From a virus (lineage: Duplodnaviria; Caudoviricetes), in IMG/VR virus record IMGVR_UViG_3300046163_000031, positions 1,639-65,638 of that record: 64,000 bases of DNA; one strand, given 5' to 3'. Under the pieces are notes generated by a model that saw only the letters and a list, made by a program, of their open reading frames with translations, did not search any database and was not told the origin of the DNA. The position numbers and the translations under genes were made by a program. Positions 9,924-17,983 of the stretch are shown in pieces. Each line of letters opens with the position of its first letter. The stretch's first letter is position 1.

Positions 9924-12053
9924 TTATCCCATTCTACTTACTAATACTATAACTCCACCTGAAGGGAAAGTACCAGTACCACTAATAGTAACTTGATTTA
10001 CTGAATTTCTTTCTACTTCCATGTTTATTGTATCTTTTGTAGTTTCATCATAAATTTGAACCATTACATCAAAACTAGATAAACCGTGTGTTATTGCTCC
10101 ATAAGAAGTAATTGTACCAGATTTAAAAGTATGCTGTTGCAATAAGTCTTCAACAGTTATTTTTTTGTTACCATCATCATCTGTATAAACTGCTACAAAG
10201 TCAGAATCAGTTGTTACAGACGTTATAGTACTAAGACTGTTTATATCTAATCCAACAACTACAGCCCCAGTTGTAGGTGTCACAGACATACCATCTAAAT
10301 TACCAGACGTAGATGCCGAAACAGATGTAACGCTATTTGTATCTGTAGGTGTAACCCAGCTTCCATCACCACGTAAAAAAGTAGTACCTGAACCTCCACT
10401 TGGTACGTGACCAACCTTGGTCGAGCCTGCGTAAGCCATAGATTGTACTTCTACAGCACCTGTTGTTGGTGTTATAACTATAGGTGTTCCTCCTGAAGTA
10501 CCTGGTGAAATAGCCGAAACAGAATCAACTGGTGTTGAATCAGTAGGTGTTACCCATGTACCATCACCTCTTAAGAATGTAGATGCAGAACCACCTGTAG
10601 GAACTATACCTACATTAGTTGCTCCAGAATATATTTTAGATTGTACCCAACCAGTGGCTGATACTGTGAAATGTGCTGAGTTAAAACCAGCAACACCTTT
10701 TTCTGTAGCACTATCTGTTGCTCCTGCTCCAGCAATGTTTGCATCTTGTTTTACTACTGTATAAACTGATATGGCTGGACTAGAACTTGCTGTGATATTT
10801 TGATTAGCATAAATCATATCACCAACTTCTAATGTTTCAGTGTAAAAAGCCGTACCATCAACAGTTACAACAAAGAAATCCCCAAGATCTAACGCGATGT
10901 TTGATGCTCCATCTAAAGAACCGTTGCCAGCTCCTAAATCTACTGTTAATCCAGTATTTGCATCATAACCACCTTTAAACAAACCAACTCCTGCTACTAA
11001 ACCTTGAACTTGAGATAAGTTAACAGCATCGTTAGCAGCTGTACCATTAGCAAGTCCAGATATTTGATTGTTAGCCATTACGATTTCATCGCTCATGGTT
11101 AATATACCACCAATTCCTACAGCGGTGTCAAAAGTAGCAGCGCCACCTACGCCTAAAGTTTGAGCAATAGTGATATCGTCTTGAAAACCTATTTGAATAC
11201 TTGTTGACGAAGATGATCCAACACTTATGTTATTATCAGCTGCATCGTTTATTGAAACTAAAGAATCTGTACCAGCTGATGCGTCTAAATCAATAGCTAC
11301 AGAATTTGCAGCTAAAACTCTTGCATCAATAGAGTAAGTTGTATCATCAGCTAAAGCTAATAAATTAGCTACTGTAACTTTTTTAGTTGGATCACCAGTT
11401 GCACTATCATCTGCAAAAGCTATAAAATCACTAGTTGTTACAGCTGCTGTGGATAGGTTTGCAATATCTAAAGTAAAAAGAACTGTGCCACCTGTTCCAG
11501 AATTGATAGCTTGAGTTTTTATACCTTGTTGAGTTCCACCGTCAAATATTAACGTACCACCGCTATCAACACTTGCTGATCCAGTATCGCCTGAAGCAGT
11601 CCAACCAGTGTATGATCCAGCAGGTGCTGCCCAAACGTTGTCACCTCTTAGGAATTTAGTATTATCAGGTGTTCCAGTAGCAGAAAGATCTGCAGTTAAT
11701 TGAGTATTGTCACCACCACCTTGTTTTGCTAAGTCTATATAAGTACCGTCCAATACAGACACAAGCCCTATATTCCTTACTGTAACATTTCCTGTTGCGC
11801 CACTTACACCTATACCAGTACCAGCTGTTATTGCAGAAACACCGGAACCAGTTCCGTCCATTTCAACCCACGCTGTTCCATTATAGAAATACATGATGTT
11901 TGTGGTAGTATTGAAATACATTTGCCCTTTTACTTCGTTTCCTGTTGCAGGGGCACTAGTTTCATTATCTACTACCGGTAATAATAATTCATTGTAGTTA
12001 AATTCAATATCAGACCCTATAAGTCCAATATTAGCATAATAATTAATTGCCAT
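9924..12053 (-). CDS. Tail fibre protein
   Basis: FLRGD(N/G).W..P x3 and GTAANDAVNLSQ fibre-type motifs. Confidence 0.75.
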   Translation of the reverse strand: MAINYYANIGLIGSDIEFNYNELLLPVVDNETSAPATGNEVKGQMYFNTTTNIMYFYNGTAWVEMDGTGSGVSAITAGTGIGVSGATGNVTVRNIGLVSVLDGTYIDLAKQGGGDNTQLTADLSATGTPDNTKFLRGDNVWAAPAGSYTGWTASGDTGSASVDSGGTLIFDGGTQQGIKTQAINSGTGGTVLFTLDIANLSTAAVTTSDFIAFADDSATGDPTKKVTVANLLALADDTTYSIDARVLAANSVAIDLDASAGTDSLVSINDAADNNISVGSSSSTSIQIGFQDDITIAQTLGVGGAATFDTAVGIGGILTMSDEIVMANNQISGLANGTAANDAVNLSQVQGLVAGVGLFKGGYDANTGLTVDLGAGNGSLDGASNIALDLGDFFVVTVDGTAFYTETLEVGDMIYANQNITASSSPAISVYTVVKQDANIAGAGATDSATEKGVAGFNSAHFTVSATGWVQSKIYSGATNVGIVPTGGSASTFLRGDGTWVTPTDSTPVDSVSAISPGTSGGTPIVITPTTGAVEVQSMAYAGSTKVGHVPSGGSGTTFLRGDGSWVTPTDTNSVTSVSASTSGNLDGMSVTPTTGAVVVGLDINSLSTITSVTTDSDFVAVYTDDDGNKKITVEDLLQQHTFKSGTITSYGAITHGLSSFDVMVQIYDETTKDTINMEVERNSVNQVTISGTGTFPSGGVIVLVSRMG

Positions 12054-12069
12054 AGTTTTTTTTGTTAGT

Positions 12070-12771
12070 TTAGTTTAAGATTGATGACCCTGCTATATTA
12101 GTATTAAAGTCAACTGTTATTGTTGTTGCGGTTGTATATTCAACAGCACCATATATTTCTTCGTCGTTTGTATCTATTAAAGTTACTGAAGGTTCTGGTT
12201 TACCTGTTGTGTTGTTTATCACCCATTGACTGGATGCTGTAAAATTTTGTTTTAAGTTTACATCGGCTCCTGTTATATTAAAATCTATAACTGTATACTG
12301 TGTGCCTTGCTGTGCGATCACGCCATTTCCTCCGATGTATGCTATTTTTGCTATGTAGTAGCTCGATGTGTTTGGATCTACTGCATATGTTTGTAGTTTA
12401 AAGTGACCAAACTGGCTTATTTCATCACCTTGGCCTATTAATATATCAGTACCTACTAGATATTGTAAAAACTCTACAACTCTTTGACCGTTTAATTCTT
12501 TTACAGAAAATCTTAATTGAGTTAAAGTGTCAAAACCAGTTCCAGATCCTCCACCACCTGTTTTAGAAATAGTACCAATACCTCCGTTTTGTGTATCAGA
12601 CCACTTAAAAGACATTTGACCACCTATATTAACTTTAGCATTAATGTTTAGGTAGTTTGCTACTGCTGATGCAGTGAATTGCTTTGTTAATCTGTTTTGT
12701 GACTCAGTACCTATCCAGGCGTCATTGTCAGTAACAGTTGTATCAAATGGATACGTACTTATTCTAGCCAT
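12070..12771 (-). CDS. Putative tail/structural protein
   Basis: MARISTY start, beta-rich, next to the fibre genes. Confidence 0.55.
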   Translation of the reverse strand: MARISTYPFDTTVTDNDAWIGTESQNRLTKQFTASAVANYLNINAKVNIGGQMSFKWSDTQNGGIGTISKTGGGGSGTGFDTLTQLRFSVKELNGQRVVEFLQYLVGTDILIGQGDEISQFGHFKLQTYAVDPNTSSYYIAKIAYIGGNGVIAQQGTQYTVIDFNITGADVNLKQNFTASSQWVINNTTGKPEPSVTLIDTNDEEIYGAVEYTTATTITVDFNTNIAGSSILN

Positions 12772-12774
12772 GTG

Positions 12775-13248
12775 TTATGAGTATATTCTTATTTCTATTG
12801 AAGTTCCAGCTGCCATGCCATCTACGTAGCCGCCGCCGCCTCCGATGTCAATTTGATCAACATTTACAAGAGTAGTGCTAGCTATTGTTCCACCTAAACT
12901 GTTATTTCCATTATTTTCAGAGATAAACATAGCTACTTTATTAGCTGTTAGAATAGCACTTGAAGAAGTTAAAGTGTATCGCCCAGTATTTGTATAACCC
13001 CATGTAAAAGTTGCTCCTGTAGTATTTTGTAATACTGTAGCTACTGGTGGTGTTGCGCCTGATTGAGTAAGAGCTGCTACATATAATGTATAACCTAAAC
13101 TGTATGTATTAGCGAAAGCCGCTACACTACTTACCGTGAAGTTTTGTGTTATATTTTCTTCGTTAGTGTTAGGGGTTGCGGTTTTAGTACCTAATAATAG
13201 GTCTGAAGCTTTAGGCGTACCAGTTCCATATGCTGTTAAATTTGCCAT
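12775..13248 (-). CDS. Putative structural protein
   Basis: YVAALTQSG..P...VLQNT and IEIRIYS C-terminus, beta-rich. Confidence 0.55.
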   Translation of the reverse strand: MANLTAYGTGTPKASDLLLGTKTATPNTNEENITQNFTVSSVAAFANTYSLGYTLYVAALTQSGATPPVATVLQNTTGATFTWGYTNTGRYTLTSSSAILTANKVAMFISENNGNNSLGGTIASTTLVNVDQIDIGGGGGYVDGMAAGTSIEIRIYS

Positions 13249-13251
13249 TTT

Positions 13252-13488
13252 TTATGTATTTTTAGTTCCTTTGCCGTATCCACCCCTATTTTGAGCTACA
13301 CTAACAAATCTTTTTTTAGTATGATCATAATCTTTATTTACAAGCCAATTTTCTCCATGTTTTTTAGCAGCTTCACGTCTTTTTACCTGATTCTCTGCTT
13401 TTTTCTTTTTTCTTGATGATGTCTTTGCGTAGGCAAGGTCTCTTTTTGCCTTAGCTTTAGCAGCTTTTGGACTTAATTTCTGCGCCAT
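13252..13488 (-). CDS. Small basic protein, possible degenerate HNH nuclease
   Basis: KDYDH...S...NRG pattern. Confidence 0.4.
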   Translation of the reverse strand: MAQKLSPKAAKAKAKRDLAYAKTSSRKKKKAENQVKRREAAKKHGENWLVNKDYDHTKKRFVSVAQNRGGYGKGTKNT

Positions 13489-13510
13489 AAATTAAAATTT
13501 TCTTATATAA

Positions 13511-13528
13511 TATATACTTACATGTTTT
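13511..13528 (-). promoter_or_regulatory. Candidate late promoter motif
   Basis: Minus strand AAAACATGTAAGTATATA; similar motifs at 4817, 44079, 51895, 61389 and 62589. Confidence 0.55.
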
Positions 13529-13552
13529 GTTAGTTATTTACCTTGCAAACAC

Positions 13553-13595
13553 TGACAATAGTAGGCTACTATTTATATATAAGTACCTTATGTCA
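13553..13595. promoter_or_regulatory. Inverted binding-site pair TGACAWWAG-N25-CTWWTGTCA, copy 1
   Basis: TGACAATAG...CTTATGTCA. Confidence 0.65.
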
Positions 13596-13782
13596 GTATT
13601 TTTAAAAAAAGTGTCACATATATGGGGGTATGGTGTTACTACTAGTTTTTGAAAAAGTTTTTTGAAATGTAAAATCGTTTTGTTTTAGCGGGGTTGGCCA
13701 ATTTCTAGGTTCTAGAGTTGTAAGCTTTAAGCCATTGTTTGATTTTCGTCCAGCCTTTTAGCTTTTTATTGGACACTACTAG

Positions 13783-13790
13783 TATCTTTG
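13783..13790 (+). promoter_or_regulatory. Possible Bacteroidota housekeeping-sigma -7 element
   Basis: TATCTTTG matches TAnnTTTG upstream of the first early gene; -33 element unclear. Confidence 0.35.
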
Positions 13791-13800
13791 CTCTGTCACT

Positions 13801-13831
13801 CACGGACTTGCGACTATATACTCGTGATACA
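13801..13831 (+). promoter_or_regulatory. Phage promoter motif copy 1 (variant)
   Basis: CACGGAC-N18-GATACA. Confidence 0.55.
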
Positions 13832-13847
13832 TATACTAACTTACTCG

Positions 13848-13878
13848 CACGGACTTGTAATGTTTTCTAAATGATAAT
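13848..13878 (+). promoter_or_regulatory. Phage promoter motif copy 2
   Basis: CACGGAC-N18-GATAAT-N5-TGTAA. Confidence 0.8.
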
Positions 13879-13917
13879 AAAACTGTAAGCAATTAAGCTT
13901 ATACTAAATAAATAACT

Positions 13918-14166
13918 ATGCAAAAACAAGTAAAAGTAAATCAACTAACGACTAAAAGATTTGTCATTCGTAAATCACTAATCGGTAAAAACACAGTAAT
14001 CACATTCACTAACAAAAACAAAGAAGTGTGCAAGTATAATCATGACTTAGTTTATAATCAACTAAAAGATCGCTTCGAAGCAATGCCGTGCTTCCAAAAG
14101 TATAACTCTTATACTAACTCTAATAATCTACCAGTATTTGTTAGATCACTCGATAAGCTAGTATAA
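13918..14166 (+). CDS. Early hypothetical protein
   Basis: First plus-strand ORF after the promoter motifs. Confidence 0.75.
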   Translation: MQKQVKVNQLTTKRFVIRKSLIGKNTVITFTNKNKEVCKYNHDLVYNQLKDRFEAMPCFQKYNSYTNSNNLPVFVRSLDKLV

Positions 14167-14174
14167 CAATTCAC

Positions 14175-14218
14175 TGACATTAGGTAGTTACTACTCTTAG
14201 TATAACTATCTTTTGTCA
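14175..14218. promoter_or_regulatory. Inverted binding-site pair, copy 2 (may also act as a terminator hairpin)
   Basis: TGACATTAG-N26-CTTTTGTCA followed by GT and a T-run. Confidence 0.6.
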
Positions 14219-14245
14219 GTTTTTTATTACCTCTGAATTTTCTTG

Positions 14246-14276
14246 CACGGACTTGTAACAAAATACTACTGATAAT
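14246..14276 (+). promoter_or_regulatory. Phage promoter motif copy 3
   Basis: CACGGAC-N18-GATAAT. Confidence 0.8.
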
Positions 14277-14372
14277 ATTGCTGAGGTTATTATATAACAC
14301 TGCTCATAGCGAGACAGTGCATTAATCCTCAACACTATTTTTATTAACTAAACAATTTAACACCTTTAAACT

Positions 14373-14597
14373 ATGAAGATTAATCCAGAAACTATGGAGC
14401 TTAACACTGTCAAGTTCAAAAACAAAACAACTATTCTATTAAACGGTGTAACTTACAAAGGTTATCCTGTTGGTGAGCTACCTAAACGCTTCGCATTTAT
14501 ATATGATGAAGAGAAAGATAAAGAAGGTATTACAGAATTCTTTAACTACAAAGGTCTTACCTATGTAAAATATGTACCATCACCATTTAATATATAA
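14373..14597 (+). CDS. Early hypothetical protein
   Basis: 74-aa ORF with A-rich start context. Confidence 0.7.
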   Translation: MKINPETMELNTVKFKNKTTILLNGVTYKGYPVGELPKRFAFIYDEEKDKEGITEFFNYKGLTYVKYVPSPFNI

Positions 14598-14599
14598 CT

Positions 14600-14749
14600 A
14601 TGAGTGTAACTAAAACATTAGATATAATGGCGCAAGAGTGGTTTGGCGAGTTTGGCTTCTCAACTTGTAGTCATGAAGAACGAGATATATTAGTCAATGC
14701 TTTGTATAAAGAGCAACAAGATCAAAAATATGATGTCAAGAATACATAA
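14600..14749 (+). CDS. 49-aa hypothetical protein (not in ORF track)
   Basis: Own translation MSVTKTLDIMAQEWFGEFGFSTCSHEERDILVNALYKEQQDQKYDVKNT. Confidence 0.6.
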   Translation: MSVTKTLDIMAQEWFGEFGFSTCSHEERDILVNALYKEQQDQKYDVKNT

Positions 14750-14909
14750 GTTTAAGCAATTAAATGGCAATACTTTTGTTATGAATTTTGGTGATTCAAA
14801 AATACTAACAACAGAAATGATAGAGCAAGTGTATGATTGTAAGTTAATCTACACTGACTTGTCAAATAATACTAATGATAATATAAATGTAAAACAAAAA
14901 AAGCTATGA
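14730..14909 (+). CDS. Hypothetical protein (start moved to ATG 14730)
   Basis: Part of track ORF 14697..14909; the ATG has an A-rich context. Confidence 0.45.
   Translation: MMSRIHKFKQLNGNTFVMNFGDSKILTTEMIEQVYDCKLIYTDLSNNTNDNINVKQKKL
14852..14882 (+). promoter_or_regulatory. Phage promoter motif copy 4
   Basis: CACTGAC-N18-GATAAT-N5-TGTAA. Confidence 0.8.
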
Positions 14910-14928
14910 GAAACGTAGAAAAAGAAAT

Positions 14929-15312
14929 ATGGACTGGCGACAGAGACGTGCAGAACTAGTAGATTTATTCGCTAAAAGAATGTTTATAGAGTATAACATC
15001 AAAGAAATGACTACTGAAAGACAAAAGAAAAACGGTACAAGACAATTTGTATTACCTAACGGTGATCAACTAGCGTCTTATAAATCAGGTTATGTCAGAA
15101 GATGTAACTCAAGCGATAGAATATATCAACTAAACAAGGTATTTAAACGCGAAGAAAGATGGACAGTCATACAAGATGGTAAGTTAAAATCACTTAAAGC
15201 TATGTGTTATGCTAGAGAACTAATAAATGATCCACTTGCAAGACTAATGTATATAGTAGACTTTTGCAAAAGAAATTATAATATGAGAAATATAACAATG
15301 TATTCATTATGA
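14929..15312 (+). CDS. Early hypothetical protein
   Basis: 127-aa ORF. Confidence 0.7.
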   Translation: MDWRQRRAELVDLFAKRMFIEYNIKEMTTERQKKNGTRQFVLPNGDQLASYKSGYVRRCNSSDRIYQLNKVFKREERWTVIQDGKLKSLKAMCYARELINDPLARLMYIVDFCKRNYNMRNITMYSL

Positions 15313-15376
15313 GCAAACAAGATAAACTATTTAATTCTTTAATAAAAATAATATTAATCTATATAATACTTATAAT

Positions 15377-15502
15377 ATGAATTGGTATGACTATAACAAC
15401 TGGGACGAGCATTTACCTACAAAATGTGAAGAATGTGGTAATGCTTTAGACACAAATGGATATTGTAACTCACAAGTATGTTTTGAAGTAGATATGATGT
15501 AA
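15377..15502 (+). CDS. 41-aa C4 zinc-finger peptide (not in ORF track)
   Basis: MNWYDYNNWDEHLPTKCEECGNALDTNGYCNSQVCFEVDMM. Confidence 0.6.
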   Translation: MNWYDYNNWDEHLPTKCEECGNALDTNGYCNSQVCFEVDMM

Positions 15503-15508
15503 TTACTA

Positions 15509-15539
15509 CACAGACTAATTTAAAATTACTATAGATAAT
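15509..15539 (+). promoter_or_regulatory. Phage promoter motif copy 5
   Basis: CACAGAC-N18-GATAAT-N5-TGTAA. Confidence 0.8.
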
Positions 15540-15563
15540 ATATGTGTAACAAAAAAATATAAT

Positions 15564-15758
15564 ATGTACTGTAAATGTAAACCAAATACTAAAGTACCAG
15601 AAGGCAGATTAGCCTTAGGTTATAAGACATGTGTAGATTGTTCAACAACAGAAACATATTCTTATATACCAATAATAAATCATAAGACAGGCAACACAAT
15701 ACAAATTGTAAGCCAGTCACTCTCCGCCAAGGTGCATAGATCGTGGCGGAGAAAGTAA
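15564..15758 (+). CDS. DksA/TraR-like C4 zinc-finger protein
   Basis: CKC....VPEGRLALGYKTCVDC resembles the DksA/TraR finger. Confidence 0.65.
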   Translation: MYCKCKPNTKVPEGRLALGYKTCVDCSTTETYSYIPIINHKTGNTIQIVSQSLSAKVHRSWRRK

Positions 15759-16009
15759 CTAGACGAGTAGCTTAATTAGTGTAACATAAGTCAGGGTACA
15801 TACCGGTAAATGACGTGCAGTTACAACATAAGTGAATCGCTAGTATGCCTAAACCTGAGCACTGGTAGCAAGATAAATTCTACTACAAAGAGGACGGAAG
15901 GCTAAATAACTAGGTATGGACACGAGCTGCGAAATCTATCATACATTGATATATAAGCGAGCTGTGATGACTACCGACGGGTATGAGGTTCGATTCCTCA
16001 CTAGTTACA
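15755..16009 (+). ncRNA. Large structured RNA with tRNA-like acceptor stem and T-arm
   Basis: GTAACTAG (15755-62) pairs with CTAGTTAC (16001-08), directly after TGAGG-TTCGATT-CCTCA; several internal helices; no long ORF. Confidence 0.7.
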
Positions 16010-16012
16010 AAA

Positions 16013-16091
16013 TACCGGTCTAACAGTAAATCGACGCCTTGGCTTCAAGCTTGTATCAGTTGTACAAAGCCAGTCGTAGTGACAACCGGTA
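16013..16091 (+). ncRNA. Candidate 79-nt rod-like small RNA
   Basis: Nested pairs TACCGGT/ACCGGTA, CGAC/GTCG, TGGCT/AGCCA, TTGTA/TACAA. Confidence 0.5.
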
Positions 16092-16097
16092 ACTTAT

Positions 16098-16171
16098 TGC
16101 GCTGTAGAGCAGATGGTCAGCTCGCTAGGCTCATAACCTAGAGGTCGGAGGTTCGAATCCTCCTGGCGCAC
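16098..16171 (+). tRNA. tRNA-Met(CAT), initiator-like
   Basis: Cloverleaf: TGCGCTG/TGGCGCA, D-stem GAGC/GCTC (A11:U24), CTAGG-CTCATAA-CCTAG, GGAGG-TTCGAAT-CCTCC; CCA not encoded. Confidence 0.93.
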
Positions 16172-16192
16172 CTAATTTTAAACTATATAAAT

Positions 16193-16303
16193 ATGAAACT
16201 TAAAGATCTTGTTGAAACACTTAGTGAATACACAGAAAAAGATGTAGTTGTAGAAGTAGAACAACCAAACCCTTTTCAATTAGTAATAACTTTAAATAGA
16301 TAA
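16193..16303 (+). CDS. 36-aa hypothetical peptide
   Basis: MKLKDLVETLSEYTEKDVVVEVEQPNPFQLVITLNR. Confidence 0.45.
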   Translation: MKLKDLVETLSEYTEKDVVVEVEQPNPFQLVITLNR

Positions 16304-16305
16304 AC

Positions 16306-16413
16306 ATGTACAGTAATTGTTGTGGTGCAGAACCTAGTTATTTAAGCGACAGCTTGTGTGGTGAATGTCTTGAGCATGCAGAGTTTAATGACTACACGGA
16401 CGAAACAGATTAA
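16306..16413 (+). CDS. 35-aa zinc-ribbon peptide
   Basis: MYSNCCGAEPSYLSDSLCGECLEH. Confidence 0.6.
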   Translation: MYSNCCGAEPSYLSDSLCGECLEHAEFNDYTDETD

Positions 16414-16425
16414 CCAATAGATAAT
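16395..16425 (+). promoter_or_regulatory. Phage promoter motif copy 6
   Basis: CACGGAC-N18-GATAAT-N5-TGTAA. Confidence 0.8.
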
Positions 16426-16450
16426 ATAAATGTAAAAAAAAATATAAATT

Positions 16451-16678
16451 ATGGAAAGATTAACATTATGGCAACGATTAAAACCAAAACACAAAACAGA
16501 AATAGCTTTCGAATATCGAGGTAGAAGCTTTGCTCACGATCGTATTAAAATAGAATTACAATCAGAGTTCTTTTTTACTGAAGTTAGATACGGTATAGCT
16601 TTCGATATATTGTGTGCTTGTAACAAAGATTTTTTAGGAGATATGTTTAACGATAAAATATTTAAAAATGAAAACTAA
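16451..16678 (+). CDS. Hypothetical protein
   Basis: ORF following a promoter motif. Confidence 0.7.
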   Translation: MERLTLWQRLKPKHKTEIAFEYRGRSFAHDRIKIELQSEFFFTEVRYGIAFDILCACNKDFLGDMFNDKIFKNEN

Positions 16679-17129
16679 TAATAAAGTAATAACAAACGAG
16701 TTAATTAATGAAAAATTAGAAGCTATAGGCTTTGGTGATGAACAAGCTAGTGATCAAGATCTAGCTAAAGAATCAGTGTTAAAACATTTTAATGTAGAGT
16801 TTGTAAATAACTGGAATAATAAGGCAGACTTTTATATATATGAAGAATCAACAGTTGATGGTTATTCAGTTCACGTTGCTACACATGATATGAATAATGT
16901 AAACATAAGCGAAAACGTATATTATTATGATAGTGATTTAGGCGATGCGCTTGAAGAATTTATTAAATATTCTAATGGTGATGAAGACTACCCTGAAATT
17001 ATATATGTAGATGATCTACATCAACAGTATATTGATGATGCTATAAGCCAATTGTTTGAGTATTTATCTGAAAGATTTGAAGAAGATATTATTGATCAAT
17101 TAGAAAGTGAAGGTTATAAACAACAATAA
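16668..17129 (+). CDS. Acidic hypothetical protein
   Basis: 153 aa, very D/E-rich. Confidence 0.75.
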   Translation: MKTNNKVITNELINEKLEAIGFGDEQASDQDLAKESVLKHFNVEFVNNWNNKADFYIYEESTVDGYSVHVATHDMNNVNISENVYYYDSDLGDALEEFIKYSNGDEDYPEIIYVDDLHQQYIDDAISQLFEYLSERFEEDIIDQLESEGYKQQ

Positions 17130-17352
17130 AAAAAATAGAATTATGAGAAGATTTAATAGACACAGACAAAACCTATGTGTAATACATTGGAACGGAGCAG
17201 ATTACGTAATGAGTTATACAACTCGTGTAGCTAAAATAGATTACAGTAATAAAACCCTTGATCAACTAGGTTGGTGGAGTGTAACAACTCAAAGACATAT
17301 TAATTATGCTGCAGACCAACTAGGTCTTACGCTTAATAGAAATGGTCATTAA
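17107..17352 (+). CDS. Hypothetical protein (start probably at ATG 17143)
   Basis: VMSYTTRVA...GWWSVTTQRHINY phage-type motif. Confidence 0.7.
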   Translation: MKVINNNKKNRIMRRFNRHRQNLCVIHWNGADYVMSYTTRVAKIDYSNKTLDQLGWWSVTTQRHINYAADQLGLTLNRNGH

Positions 17353-17382
17353 AAGAAAAATTGACTATGAACGTATAATAGT

Positions 17383-17976
17383 ATGGTTTATATATGTACT
17401 AATAGCATCCACATGCATAGTCTTAAAAATAATGGAAATAAATGGAGTAAGATGGATAATATAAAACTAGAAAAAATATTTAAAGAAAATAAAAATGATA
17501 TTCAAAGATTTATAAACTCAAAAGTTTATGATACGCATTTAGCTAAAGACTTATCACAAGATACTTTTATTAAATTAATAAAAACTTTAAGAAAAGAAAA
17601 CTATAATGAAGAGGGTAAATTTTTATCTTATGCTTTTGCAGTAGCTCATAACGTTGTTAGAGATTACTACAGAAAAAAGAAACCAGTAATGATTAGATCA
17701 GATAACTTTAAAGTTTTTTCTACATTAGAAAGCAAACAATTAAATAAAGAAGAAGAGATAATTAAAAATCAAATAATAGATTTAGTTAAAGATTGTATTG
17801 AAGAACTTCCTTCTAATTTAAAAAAAGTTGTTAAGTTAAGAATATATAGTAAATTAACTTTTAGACAAATAGCTGAACAAACTAATTCTAGTACAAATAC
17901 AGTTTTAGGTAGATTCAGATATGGATTAAATCATTTAAAAAACTCACACAGATTAAAACAAATAACAGATAGATAA
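17383..17976 (+). CDS. ECF-type sigma-70 factor, Bacteroidota-like (start probably near 17451)
   Basis: Region 2 DLSQDTFIK..YNEEGKF..AHN..DYYRK; region 4 LP..LTFRQIAEQT..STNTVLGRFRYGL. Confidence 0.88.
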   Translation: MVYICTNSIHMHSLKNNGNKWSKMDNIKLEKIFKENKNDIQRFINSKVYDTHLAKDLSQDTFIKLIKTLRKENYNEEGKFLSYAFAVAHNVVRDYYRKKKPVMIRSDNFKVFSTLESKQLNKEEEIIKNQIIDLVKDCIEELPSNLKKVVKLRIYSKLTFRQIAEQTNSSTNTVLGRFRYGLNHLKNSHRLKQITDR

Positions 17977-17977
17977 A
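17947..17977 (+). promoter_or_regulatory. Phage promoter motif copy 7 (variant)
   Basis: CACAGAT-N18-GATAAA. Confidence 0.55.
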
Positions 17978-17983
17978 TATAAT

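Noticed and set aside
15790-15965. Group I intron inside a tRNA (TCAGG/CCTGA P4-like pairing, AAACCTGAGC Q-like segment)
   Set aside because: No convincing P7 or R/S elements, and the flanks do not rejoin into proper D and anticodon arms; an Infernal search should still confirm
15755-16009. Canonical tmRNA or RNase P RNA
   Set aside because: No G3:U70 acceptor or AA-ending tag, and no GAGGAAAGUCC P4 motif
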